Shown here: piece by piece, positions 22,868-31,542 of the stretch
How the letters are laid out: every line of letters starts with the position of its first letter
Numbering within the stretch: the first letter of the stretch is position 1
IMG/VR virus record: IMGVR_UViG_3300028735_000003
Coordinates: 186,001 to 250,000 of that record
DNA: 64,000 bases
Reading direction: 5' to 3' (one strand)
Made by a program: the position numbers and the translations under genes
Notes under the pieces: model-generated
Databases searched by the model: none
Told to the model about the DNA's origin: nothing
Seen by the model: the letters and a program-made list of their open reading frames with translations, nothing else

Positions 22868-23197
22868 TTAGATCATCTTGATAAAAACATTAGTTGGTAG
22901 GGTCATTTCTTTTTCTTTTATTATATTTGCATCTTCATCATAATATCTGACAACACAATTAATAAATTTTCGATTATTTTCAATTGCAATTTCTAAGCGA
23001 TGTCTACCGTCTGCCAAATAAGCTTTATTATCTGGATATACTTCAATTTCTATTGGCTTATTTACCTTATTTTTTCTAAGATAATTAAATGATTCTTGGC
23101 GCATACCCTCTGGATGTACTAAAATCTTTGATAGTTCATCTTCTGCTAATTTGTAAAATTGCTCTATTTGACCGACCAGTCTATAATATCTATTCAT
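22868..23197 (-). CDS. ParB/Srx-like domain protein
   Basis: PIEI...YLADGRHRLEIA core motif; N-terminal leader ending FYKLA. Confidence 0.7.
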   Translation of the reverse strand: MNRYYRLVGQIEQFYKLAEDELSKILVHPEGMRQESFNYLRKNKVNKPIEIEVYPDNKAYLADGRHRLEIAIENNRKFINCVVRYYDEDANIIKEKEMTLPTNVFIKMI

Positions 23198-23376
23198 GAT
23201 TTAATAGAAAAATATTCATACTATATCGTTTTTGCTTTCAGTGTTATTTAATATTTATAAACATTATCATCACAAACTAAACATCCAGCTAATACAATAA
23301 ACTTTAAATTAATTAATTTTCGCGCATCACGATAAGTACATCAACTAATTCAAAATAATCATAAATTCTTGTTTTA

Positions 23377-24276
23377 TCAGTACAATCTGCGGGCTCGAAG
23401 ATGTCTTAGGCGTTGAAATGCTGGATTTATAGCAGAATTCATGCTAAATACACCCAGCCCTGTTGGAGCTGGTCTTAAACTGTTCTTTATGTACTTCAAT
23501 TTTTCCCAATAATGTGTTAACAAAGAGTTATATTGAGTCATCATTAATTCGCTTACTGTGGGCAGATTAAAATTGATTCCATTATCTGTAATTTGGAATT
23601 CTCTTCCGCGTTCAATTAGTGCCTTAGAGGCTAAAGCGTAAAGAGTTGCTCCTTCGACAAGAATTTCTCCAAATTGCTCGACAAAATTATCATCATCAAA
23701 TTGGAAAAATGTAATATATGGAACTTGATTGAAATCCCACAAAGCTGTAGCAATCATTGTGGTTAATGTTTGTATTGAAAAATAAGAACAATCTACATAT
23801 ATTACATTTCCATATGAATCTGTAGCTTTAGCTTTACCATCTGAATTTAATCTTTCTCTCAATGATCTAAGTAATTTATTGATATTTTTAGTTGCGGCTT
23901 GAGAATAATTCAAACCAGGATCATCACCTAAATGAACATATCCATCTGTATTAATGGCAGGAATTTGTGTGTGTAGAACAACAAATCCAAATTCAACTTC
24001 TACTCTAAATCCGTTTACATATCCAGACCATACATCTCTCCATTCTCCATATGGCCCATTGATAGGTATTGTAAATATATAAGAATACTTGCCAACGCCT
24101 ACTTGTGCAACACCAGATGATGTCAGAGCCAAGGCAACTAGACCGTTTGGCTGAATTAAAGAAATTCTTGGAAAAGAGTCAGTGTTTATTGGCTCACCCG
24201 TACTGTCCTTAAATTGTACAGTTAAGTTAACTTGATCAGTTACGTCAATTAGTTCACCACGAGCTTTAATCGCCAT
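23377..24276 (-). CDS. Putative head-tail adaptor/neck protein with N-terminal Ig-like domain
   Basis: GVGKYSY...GEWRDVW Ig-like N-terminus; helical C-terminus with EFQITDNGINF; position in neck module. Confidence 0.5.
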   Translation of the reverse strand: MAIKARGELIDVTDQVNLTVQFKDSTGEPINTDSFPRISLIQPNGLVALALTSSGVAQVGVGKYSYIFTIPINGPYGEWRDVWSGYVNGFRVEVEFGFVVLHTQIPAINTDGYVHLGDDPGLNYSQAATKNINKLLRSLRERLNSDGKAKATDSYGNVIYVDCSYFSIQTLTTMIATALWDFNQVPYITFFQFDDDNFVEQFGEILVEGATLYALASKALIERGREFQITDNGINFNLPTVSELMMTQYNSLLTHYWEKLKYIKNSLRPAPTGLGVFSMNSAINPAFQRLRHLRARRLY

Positions 24277-24287
24277 TATATCTCCAG

Positions 24288-24647
24288 TTAAAATGAGGTT
24301 GCTGAGTACAAACCAAAAGGTGAAGAAACCTGTATTAGATATGGACTTACATTTAAATTACCATATAAATCACGATAATGTATATCTACAAAATAAGTTC
24401 CAACCGAAGACGCACCCGTAGGTAGAATAAATTTATAATAGTAAATACCAGTGTCATATTTTAACATAGGTTGAGGAAAATATCCGTCAGATGTTAAATT
24501 TGGATAAATTATTCTATGAATAACTGGAAGATTATATCCATCAATAGAATAACCATCATAATAACCATCATAATAATTATTATTTGTATCTAAAGTGGTT
24601 AAAAATAAAGTTACAGTTTGTCCAGGAGAATAAGATAAGGTCAACAT
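24288..24647 (-). CDS. Small Ig-like virion protein with DGY repeats
   Basis: TGIYYYKF.LP...GTYFVDI Ig-like pattern, similar to N-terminus of the adjacent gene; YYDGYYDGYSIDGY. Confidence 0.5.
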   Translation of the reverse strand: MLTLSYSPGQTVTLFLTTLDTNNNYYDGYYDGYSIDGYNLPVIHRIIYPNLTSDGYFPQPMLKYDTGIYYYKFILPTGASSVGTYFVDIHYRDLYGNLNVSPYLIQVSSPFGLYSATSF

Positions 24648-24829
24648 TGCAATTATTATGCAATTATATTGGTTATAAATAACAATATTATGAACATGCG
24701 ATACCTCATAATGTTCAATCAGACAATATTAGATATGTCTAATAAGAACACAAAAATAATATAATAACCCAACGATTTTGGCTGATCGAATATATCAGTA
24801 ATATATTAACATACTAATAAGGGTTTGTC

Positions 24830-25222
24830 ATGAATAGAAAAGACTTCTGGGTAACAAACATTTGCAATAGGAATGTTAGCTTGGCAGATTTAAATCTGAC
24901 CATTAATGCTTTTTCGTCGGTTAATCTATTAGATTCAAGACATTATCATTATACGATAGAAGAATTAGAAAGATCAGCTAGTGTGGGATCAATCTTCAAA
25001 AAACGAGATAAAATTGTAAAACGAGAGGTAGCCCCAGAAATTACTAAGATGAATGTTCCTTTTGTGCGAGAAACCTATATTCCTTCAAGGGAAAAATCAA
25101 TATATGAAATCCCACAAGAAAAATATGATGAATTAACAATTTCTGATGAACAATTTGCTGAAGAAAATGCAGATATAGCTGATTTGGATACTAAACCACT
25201 AATTATAAAGGGACCAAATTAA
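24830..25222 (+). CDS. Hypothetical protein
   Basis: 130-aa ORF in a gap with no minus-strand gene; its stop overlaps the next start. Confidence 0.65.
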   Translation: MNRKDFWVTNICNRNVSLADLNLTINAFSSVNLLDSRHYHYTIEELERSASVGSIFKKRDKIVKREVAPEITKMNVPFVRETYIPSREKSIYEIPQEKYDELTISDEQFAEENADIADLDTKPLIIKGPN

Positions 25223-25410
25223 TGTTACCACAAAGGCAACTTAGCAATTTTATTGATACGTTATTACTGGCTTACATTTTAAGCAATAATTACGAAAAAC
25301 AATATGTAAAACATACTATAATTGAAGAGTATAAACAACTTAATGACAAATGTGACTCGATAATTCTAAAAATTAACGAAAGAAAATCTAAAGATCCACC
25401 AATAAAATAA
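25222..25410 (+). CDS. Hypothetical protein
   Basis: TAATG coupling with the upstream gene. Confidence 0.45.
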   Translation: MLPQRQLSNFIDTLLLAYILSNNYEKQYVKHTIIEEYKQLNDKCDSIILKINERKSKDPPIK

Positions 25411-25424
25411 CAATAGGTAATATA

Positions 25425-25730
25425 ATGTCCGATCAAAGAATCTCCAGCCACGACTTGAGTGATCAGCTCAATAAAAGAGACCTAGAGATAATTTTAGAGG
25501 TCAATAAAAAATCTATTGAAATCGAAACATGTGTAGCAGATCAAAATGAAGAAATAATATCTATTATATCTGAGATAAAAGAAAAGCAAAAAGAAATAGA
25601 TGTAAAAGCCGATAAGATCGCCAAACAAAATGACGAACTAAGCAAAGACATTTTTAAACTGCAAGTGCTTTTTGTTACAGGATTAATTAGCCTTGTAATT
25701 CAAGTAATCCAAATTTTCTTAAAACGATGA
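25425..25730 (+). CDS. Coiled-coil protein with C-terminal transmembrane helix
   Basis: Heptad-rich body, hydrophobic LQVLFVTGLISLVIQVIQIFL, terminal KR. Confidence 0.6.
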   Translation: MSDQRISSHDLSDQLNKRDLEIILEVNKKSIEIETCVADQNEEIISIISEIKEKQKEIDVKADKIAKQNDELSKDIFKLQVLFVTGLISLVIQVIQIFLKR

Positions 25731-25731
25731 C

Positions 25732-25965
25732 TTAGTGTTTTAATGTTACAACATCAATGGCTTTAGGATCTCCATTCTTATTAGAACCTATACTAAAAGA
25801 TACTCTTTGTCCTTTGTATAGGGTCTTAAATCCTTCACATTCAATATCAGAAAAATGAACGAATAAGTCTTTTTGCTTTTCTCCATTTTGCGACCATTCA
25901 ATAAATCCGAAACCTCTCTTCGGATCAAACCACACTACATCTCCAATAAATTTAGTATCAGTCAT
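25732..25965 (-). CDS. Cold-shock domain protein
   Basis: G.V.WF, RGFGFI (RNP1), DLFVHFSDI (RNP2), GFKTL..GQRVSF. Confidence 0.95.
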   Translation of the reverse strand: MTDTKFIGDVVWFDPKRGFGFIEWSQNGEKQKDLFVHFSDIECEGFKTLYKGQRVSFSIGSNKNGDPKAIDVVTLKH

Positions 25966-26075
25966 TTTAATTATTTCCTTTATACGTTATGAACGCTTTT
26001 AGCTAAATTATAATGCTTACATGACAATTTTACATTTTACAAAGTATGTAAGCTATCTTTAGATAATATGATATA

Positions 26076-26354
26076 TTAATCATCTTTCGCGACTAACTCG
26101 CCATTTACATATAATTCTCCACCACCACCAAGAAGTCTATATACTTCATATGCCCCAAGTTTAGAAATATCACTTCTTTCCTTTTCGTTAGTGCAATTTC
26201 GTAACAACCTATCATATTTATCAAGTAATAACTTCATATCTCCTTCACATCCAACCAGTCTAGCATGTTTAAGCAATCTTAAACGAGTTTCGTTTTCAGG
26301 TAATATTTTATTGCTTAGATTCTTAGGATCTGTGGCATCAATCTTATAACTCAT
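26076..26354 (-). CDS. Hypothetical protein
   Basis: 92 aa, TGATG-coupled to the upstream HNH gene. Confidence 0.65.
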   Translation of the reverse strand: MSYKIDATDPKNLSNKILPENETRLRLLKHARLVGCEGDMKLLLDKYDRLLRNCTNEKERSDISKLGAYEVYRLLGGGGELYVNGELVAKDD

Positions 26355-26683
26355 CAGTCTTCTCCATTAAAAATCTTGAAAGCATTTGGCTTAAAAACTA
26401 CGATTGGCTCATCAATGTCTTCTATATTTCTCTTTCCATCTAATTCATATACCAATGTTCTTCTATTTGGTAATTGTGTTGATGGAAATACTCCAATAAT
26501 CTTTAGGCGACCGCTGTGCAGATATGCATGGTGATTGGCACATAAAATTGCCAGATTGAAATCGTTATTTGTAGTATTCTCTTCTGTTCTTTCAATAATA
26601 TGATGAAAATGTAACAGATTAGGATCTCTAACTTCACACGATTCTATTTCGCATTTATTCTTAATTAATTTGCTCTTTCTCAT
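26354..26683 (-). CDS. HNH endonuclease-like protein
   Basis: CEIESC...LHFHHII...NLAILCANHHAYLH. Confidence 0.8.
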   Translation of the reverse strand: MRKSKLIKNKCEIESCEVRDPNLLHFHHIIERTEENTTNNDFNLAILCANHHAYLHSGRLKIIGVFPSTQLPNRRTLVYELDGKRNIEDIDEPIVVFKPNAFKIFNGED

Positions 26684-26700
26684 GCACTTAATATATCAAA

Positions 26701-27018
26701 TCATCTGATACCCCAAGCCTCTATTCGCACGGTACCACTTCCTCTAAACCAGATTTTAGAAATAACCCTATTTTCAAACACTAGGCTCTTACTTGAAAGT
26801 GTACTTGTCATATCACCATGCACAGTAATTCCATTAAATGAATATTCTAGTGGTCCACCGCTTTCCAATTGAAAAGTAACAGTATAAGTAGAAAATGGTA
26901 TCAGAATTTGACAATTAGTTGGGAAATATCCATCAGTTATATTAACACTCAATTTATTAAAATAATTGAAGTCTTTACCATAATCTATTGCTGTATAAGG
27001 GCTTGAAAAATCAGACAT
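26701..27018 (-). CDS. Small beta-rich putative virion protein
   Basis: 105 aa, LEYSFNG.TVHG...SKIWFRG; one DGY. Confidence 0.5.
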   Translation of the reverse strand: MSDFSSPYTAIDYGKDFNYFNKLSVNITDGYFPTNCQILIPFSTYTVTFQLESGGPLEYSFNGITVHGDMTSTLSSKSLVFENRVISKIWFRGSGTVRIEAWGIR

Positions 27019-27065
27019 GGTTCCTGCCTTAAGTATGTATAAGTATTACTATTTATTAGCTGATT

Positions 27066-27935
27066 TCACAATATAATCGGATTCAAAGAATCTTCGTACC
27101 CAATTTGTAACAACATCTCAACATTTCTAGGATCAAAATCTAATGAGTTATTTATAAGATTGAAAGGTTTCTGTGGTTCTAACAATCTTATCTTAATGCT
27201 TTTGTACTTGTCATCTAGTTTAGCTAAATCATTCTTAAGACCACATTCCTTCAGATCAGCTCTAATTATTTCATCACCCATAATATCTACAGCTCTCATA
27301 GCATAATAAGGTAATGCATGCTTTTTATCTGTTGACCAATTTTGTGGTAAATCAGGATTACTACACATTATAATGTCAATCTCTGTTGCTCCTAATCTAA
27401 TTGCCTCACCTAATGGAGTTACATTGCGTAATCCACCATCTGACCACATCTTACCATTAATTTCAACAGGTAGTAGAAAGAATGGAAAACTGGAAGATGC
27501 AGCCACCCATTTATCTAGATTAGGGTCATCCTCATGAGCCATATAATATTCACTTGTTTCCCAAGATACCGCCCCAACCCTTAGTTTTCTTCCAGATTCA
27601 ATTATTGCTTGTTTGTTTAGCTCAGAACTAATCCATTTTAATAATGGCGAAGAATCATAAACCGATGGCTTCCATAATGAAGCTAATTTTCCCCAAAATG
27701 TCCAATCTTTTCTGACATTATTGTTATTAACCCTACTCCATAATTTTAATAAGCTAGAAATAGCTGATTCTGGATCTCCAAGTTTTGTTTGACACAAATA
27801 TGCGGTGTTTATTGCGCCAACACTAACACCACACATAATCTCATAGTCAATCTTATCTTCACCCATCCACCTTTTTAAAGCACCAGCTTGATATGCACCT
27901 TTAACTGCCCCACCAGATAATACTAAAGCCCTCAT
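27066..27935 (-). CDS. Patatin-like phospholipase
   Basis: LVLSGGAVKGAYQAG oxyanion loop, GVSVG nucleophile elbow, SDGG catalytic Asp motif. Confidence 0.93.
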   Translation of the reverse strand: MRALVLSGGAVKGAYQAGALKRWMGEDKIDYEIMCGVSVGAINTAYLCQTKLGDPESAISSLLKLWSRVNNNNVRKDWTFWGKLASLWKPSVYDSSPLLKWISSELNKQAIIESGRKLRVGAVSWETSEYYMAHEDDPNLDKWVAASSSFPFFLLPVEINGKMWSDGGLRNVTPLGEAIRLGATEIDIIMCSNPDLPQNWSTDKKHALPYYAMRAVDIMGDEIIRADLKECGLKNDLAKLDDKYKSIKIRLLEPQKPFNLINNSLDFDPRNVEMLLQIGYEDSLNPIIL

Positions 27936-27982
27936 ATGTTCTCACTTTTTATAATCTGTTTCATAATATAATTTATTGCCCA

Positions 27983-29065
27983 TTATTCATTTTCTCTAAT
28001 AAAATAGAATGTTCCAGTGGAAAATGTTCCATTAAATGGAGTATCATGTTGTAAATATATTCTTAGCTCCATTCCATAACTACTTGATAAATCAGTGGTT
28101 GTTTGAAAATCCCAAGAAAATACGCTAATTTGTCTTGGTGATCCTCTCCAACCTGTACCACCTAACGCAGGTATTATTGGATAAGCTTTATTAGAATCAT
28201 TTATAAAATCATATATTGTCTTATATTCATCTGGCGCTGCGACCATAACTTTATTTGGCAAATCATTCGGATTATATGCCCAGACTTCATATACCAATGT
28301 ATCAGTCATTTCAACATCATCAGAAAATTGGCTTTCTGCTCCTTTTAATTTCCAAACTTCGCCGTTATCTGGACTTATAACGAATAGTGAGCCATCTTCA
28401 TAGTAATATGATACTAAAGGATCTTTACCGACAGGGGCGCTTTCCGATAAAGTAATCGTCCCTGTACGATAATTCACTACAAAATCACCTCCAGTCCCAT
28501 AATGTGGATCTTGTTCAGTTAAAGTATATCCGTCCAATGTTACAGCAACTCTCATTGCAGATAAACTGTTTTCTCCAGTCAATTTTCCATGATATACGTC
28601 TATGATTACATCATGAAATAACTTCCACTCTTTACGATATTCGTCTAATACTGTTGGTGTTTCATTTACTACTGGTTTTGCATTATACCACCATGTGGTT
28701 TTATCGCACCAATTCATACTGATCATATTTCTCTTTAGTCCAGATGGAGGTAGAGCTTTTACATTTAATGGTGTAGTTGTATTAATAGGTAATGACACAT
28801 CTGTTGATGTAATTCTTACAGGTAATGTTTCTTCTGGTAATGGTTCACCATTATGTGCAGCAACTAAACCATCTAATACAGCATGTTCTCCGGCAGATAA
28901 ATCAGCCTTAAATAATATATTACAAGCATCGTCGACCGTATTAATAGAGTCTAACGCTATTGTAATGCTATCATTATATATGATTTCTCGATATAATCTA
29001 CTTGGATCTACCTTATGATTAGGAAAATCAATACTTATTGAATAAGTATACGTTACTTTAGCCAT
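27983..29065 (-). CDS. Putative virion structural protein
   Basis: DFVVNYRTGTITLS...VSYYY beta motif typical of tail/baseplate proteins; likely ATG 29065 coupled to the fibre gene stop. Confidence 0.5.
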   Translation of the reverse strand: MAKVTYTYSISIDFPNHKVDPSRLYREIIYNDSITIALDSINTVDDACNILFKADLSAGEHAVLDGLVAAHNGEPLPEETLPVRITSTDVSLPINTTTPLNVKALPPSGLKRNMISMNWCDKTTWWYNAKPVVNETPTVLDEYRKEWKLFHDVIIDVYHGKLTGENSLSAMRVAVTLDGYTLTEQDPHYGTGGDFVVNYRTGTITLSESAPVGKDPLVSYYYEDGSLFVISPDNGEVWKLKGAESQFSDDVEMTDTLVYEVWAYNPNDLPNKVMVAAPDEYKTIYDFINDSNKAYPIIPALGGTGWRGSPRQISVFSWDFQTTTDLSSSYGMELRIYLQHDTPFNGTFSTGTFYFIRENE

Positions 29066-31392
29066 TATGAAACCCTCCAAATTTCCAAATCACAACTTGT
29101 TGTTGCTGCTGTAGTTCCTGCGCTACCTGATGCAAACTGCATAGCTATGGTATGTGTTGCCTCTGAATCGAATTTAACATAAACAAAGCCGCTCTCATTC
29201 ATCCTTTGAGTCGTTGCAGCATCTTCTGGTTCTTCCCGATGAAAATAAATCTCAGTTGTATTATCCAAAAATAACCTGCCTAAATAATTAGTTGTAATAC
29301 TAGTGTAATACCAATTATATCTAAACCCTATTCTATATATTCCTGCTGGAATGATCGATGTAGCCAATATTAAATATGTAGTCCATGAAGTTGAAGTTGT
29401 AGTCATTGTAGTAGAGGCTGTAATTTGTTGCCACTGTGTTCCGAAAACAGTTCCAGGAATTGTAATTGTAGCTACTCCGCTGCCAGCATTTGTTGCAGTT
29501 ACACCATCGCCAACAAAGTTTAATGTGCTATGTGGCGTAGATGTTACCGGAACGCCTTCATCGTATACTGTAATCGTACTACCAGATCCAGTATCTCCTT
29601 TTTGACCGTTCATCCTAAGAACAGTAAATGTAGCATTTGCCTGCATAGTCCCGGATGTAGCAATTTGATTTTGTACAGTTACATAATCGCCGGCAGAAAG
29701 GGCTGCAACTGCGCTAATAGAAATAATATCAGATTCATTAGTATATGTAATTGATCCTTGTGTTGAACCCGATATAACTGTACTATTGTTCTTCAAAACA
29801 CGACCTTCGAATTTACCAGTTGATGTTGGCTGGACTTCAAACTGATACATTACCATATATGTGCCGGTTTCAACTATATTAATTCTATCAGAATTTGATG
29901 AATCATGTACAATTACTGAAGGATTTGTTTCAACATCTACTGTATCGAATCGTATATTATTCCAAGAAGTAGGCATATTAAGAGTCGTTGTCCTTCTCTT
30001 TTGGCAAACCGCTAATGGCGCCCCCTTAAGATTAACACTTTGTACTTTCTTTTTTACTCCCGCCGCTGCAGAATCTTCAATTAATATCAAGTCCGCATCA
30101 GATAACGATGTTTTTTCAGTAAAAGTAGAAAAATCATTGGCTCCACGAGTTAGTCCAGCATGTACGTGGTCTGCTCTAGCAAGACTTGTTGATGAACCTT
30201 CTGTATTTGTTGTTCCAATAGAAGAAACTATAGCTGTTGAAATATCATGCTTATGATCTGCCCTTGCAGCAGTATTTGCAACACCAACTACTGACGCAGA
30301 TTTAGTGACATCCGCTGGCATAGTGCTTGCTAATGGCGTATTAGTTGCCCCTACCGCAATTCCATCTAATTTAGACCCATCAACTGAAACATCTCTTCCG
30401 TCTACTGTTTGTGTAGAATTAAATACAATATTGCCATTTGCATCAACAGCCATTAGTACTGCACCAGAAGAACTTTCCCAATTTTGTAAGTTAGCAGTTT
30501 GTGCTATAATTCCTCTTACACCTAATGAAACTGCATTAGTTTGTTGAGCAGGAATTATTACGCCATATGCTCCAGCAGCACCAATATTTGATGGAGAATA
30601 CTCAACTGTAGATTGTTTATTTCCAACTAATTGCAAACCATACCATGATGTTATAACTGATTGTCCACCACTAACTGCTTGAATAGATAAATCAGAGCCT
30701 TTAACATAAGTATTAGATGCTAATTTACCTGCTGCACTTACATCTCCACCAGCAGATATTGTTAATCTTGCCAAATTGTTTGTAATAATTGCAAGATCAT
30801 AGTTTGTTGTATTTCCAATTGTTCTATTGGTTACTGCTGCATCGCCACAATTCGCAAAATCACCGTGTAATGTAGTCCATGCTGCATTAGTAGAACTAGT
30901 AGCAACGAGTGCTTGACCATTTGACGGAGCCGTAGCACCAGAAATACTAACTATTGTCGTTGCTGTTCTTAGTCCAGATGCTGTTCTATCATTAGATAAT
31001 CTTAAATCATTTCATTGGCAGAATGTTCCGGCTGTTGAACCGAATGCTGGCAATGAATGTCTGTGATCACTTCTTGATAATGAAGTAGAAACACCTTCCA
31101 ATGCAGTGTCTCCTGGCGCTTGAGCCCCTGCTATTGCAGTTGAGATATCATGCTTATGATCTGCTCTAGCTGCTGTTGTTCCAATGCCAACCGCTGCAGT
31201 TTCTTTAGTAACATTAGTAGGTGCTGTACTAGCCAATGGAGTATTCGTAGCTCCAATTTCAATACCATCTAATTTAGCTTTATCTGATCCTGTTAAAAAT
31301 CCAGATGCACCTGATGCTATTGCGGCGGCGTGCAACGCTCCATCAGACTGATATCCATGTGAATGTACGTGGTCTGCCCTGGCTACAGAAGA
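29065..31392 (-). pseudogene. Tail fibre-like gene (ARADHxH repeats, C1q/TNF-like domain) with in-frame TGA and disrupted 5' end; the 29065-30774 part may still be expressed
   Basis: ORFs 31012-31335 and 29065-30774 are one frame separated only by TGA at 31014-31012 (FCQ*NDLRLS). The frame continues upstream as SSVARADHVHSH to a TAG, with no in-frame ATG there. Confidence 0.65.
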
Positions 31393-31542
31393 CTAAGACC
31401 AATTGAACGCTTTCTAGCCTGAACATTTTCAGTTCCTCTAGATATTAATTGATAAAGCTCAGTTATTGTCTCTAGTTTCATGCTATTGCTTTAAAAAGGA
31501 TATTACTTATATTATGTCGTATTATTATCTTGCCTGTTTATT

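Noticed and set aside
31012-31014. TGA-to-Gly recoding (genetic code 25), suggested by an in-frame TGA at an expected Gly
   Set aside because: Single case. Long Gly-rich core genes have no internal TGA, and TGA serves as a real stop in ATGA-type overlaps (45280, 52354, 53510).
12658-31392. Diversity-generating retroelement acting on fibre genes
   Set aside because: No reverse transcriptase and no adenine-variant TR/VR pair seen; the duplicated ARADHKHDIST segments are ordinary intragenic repeats.
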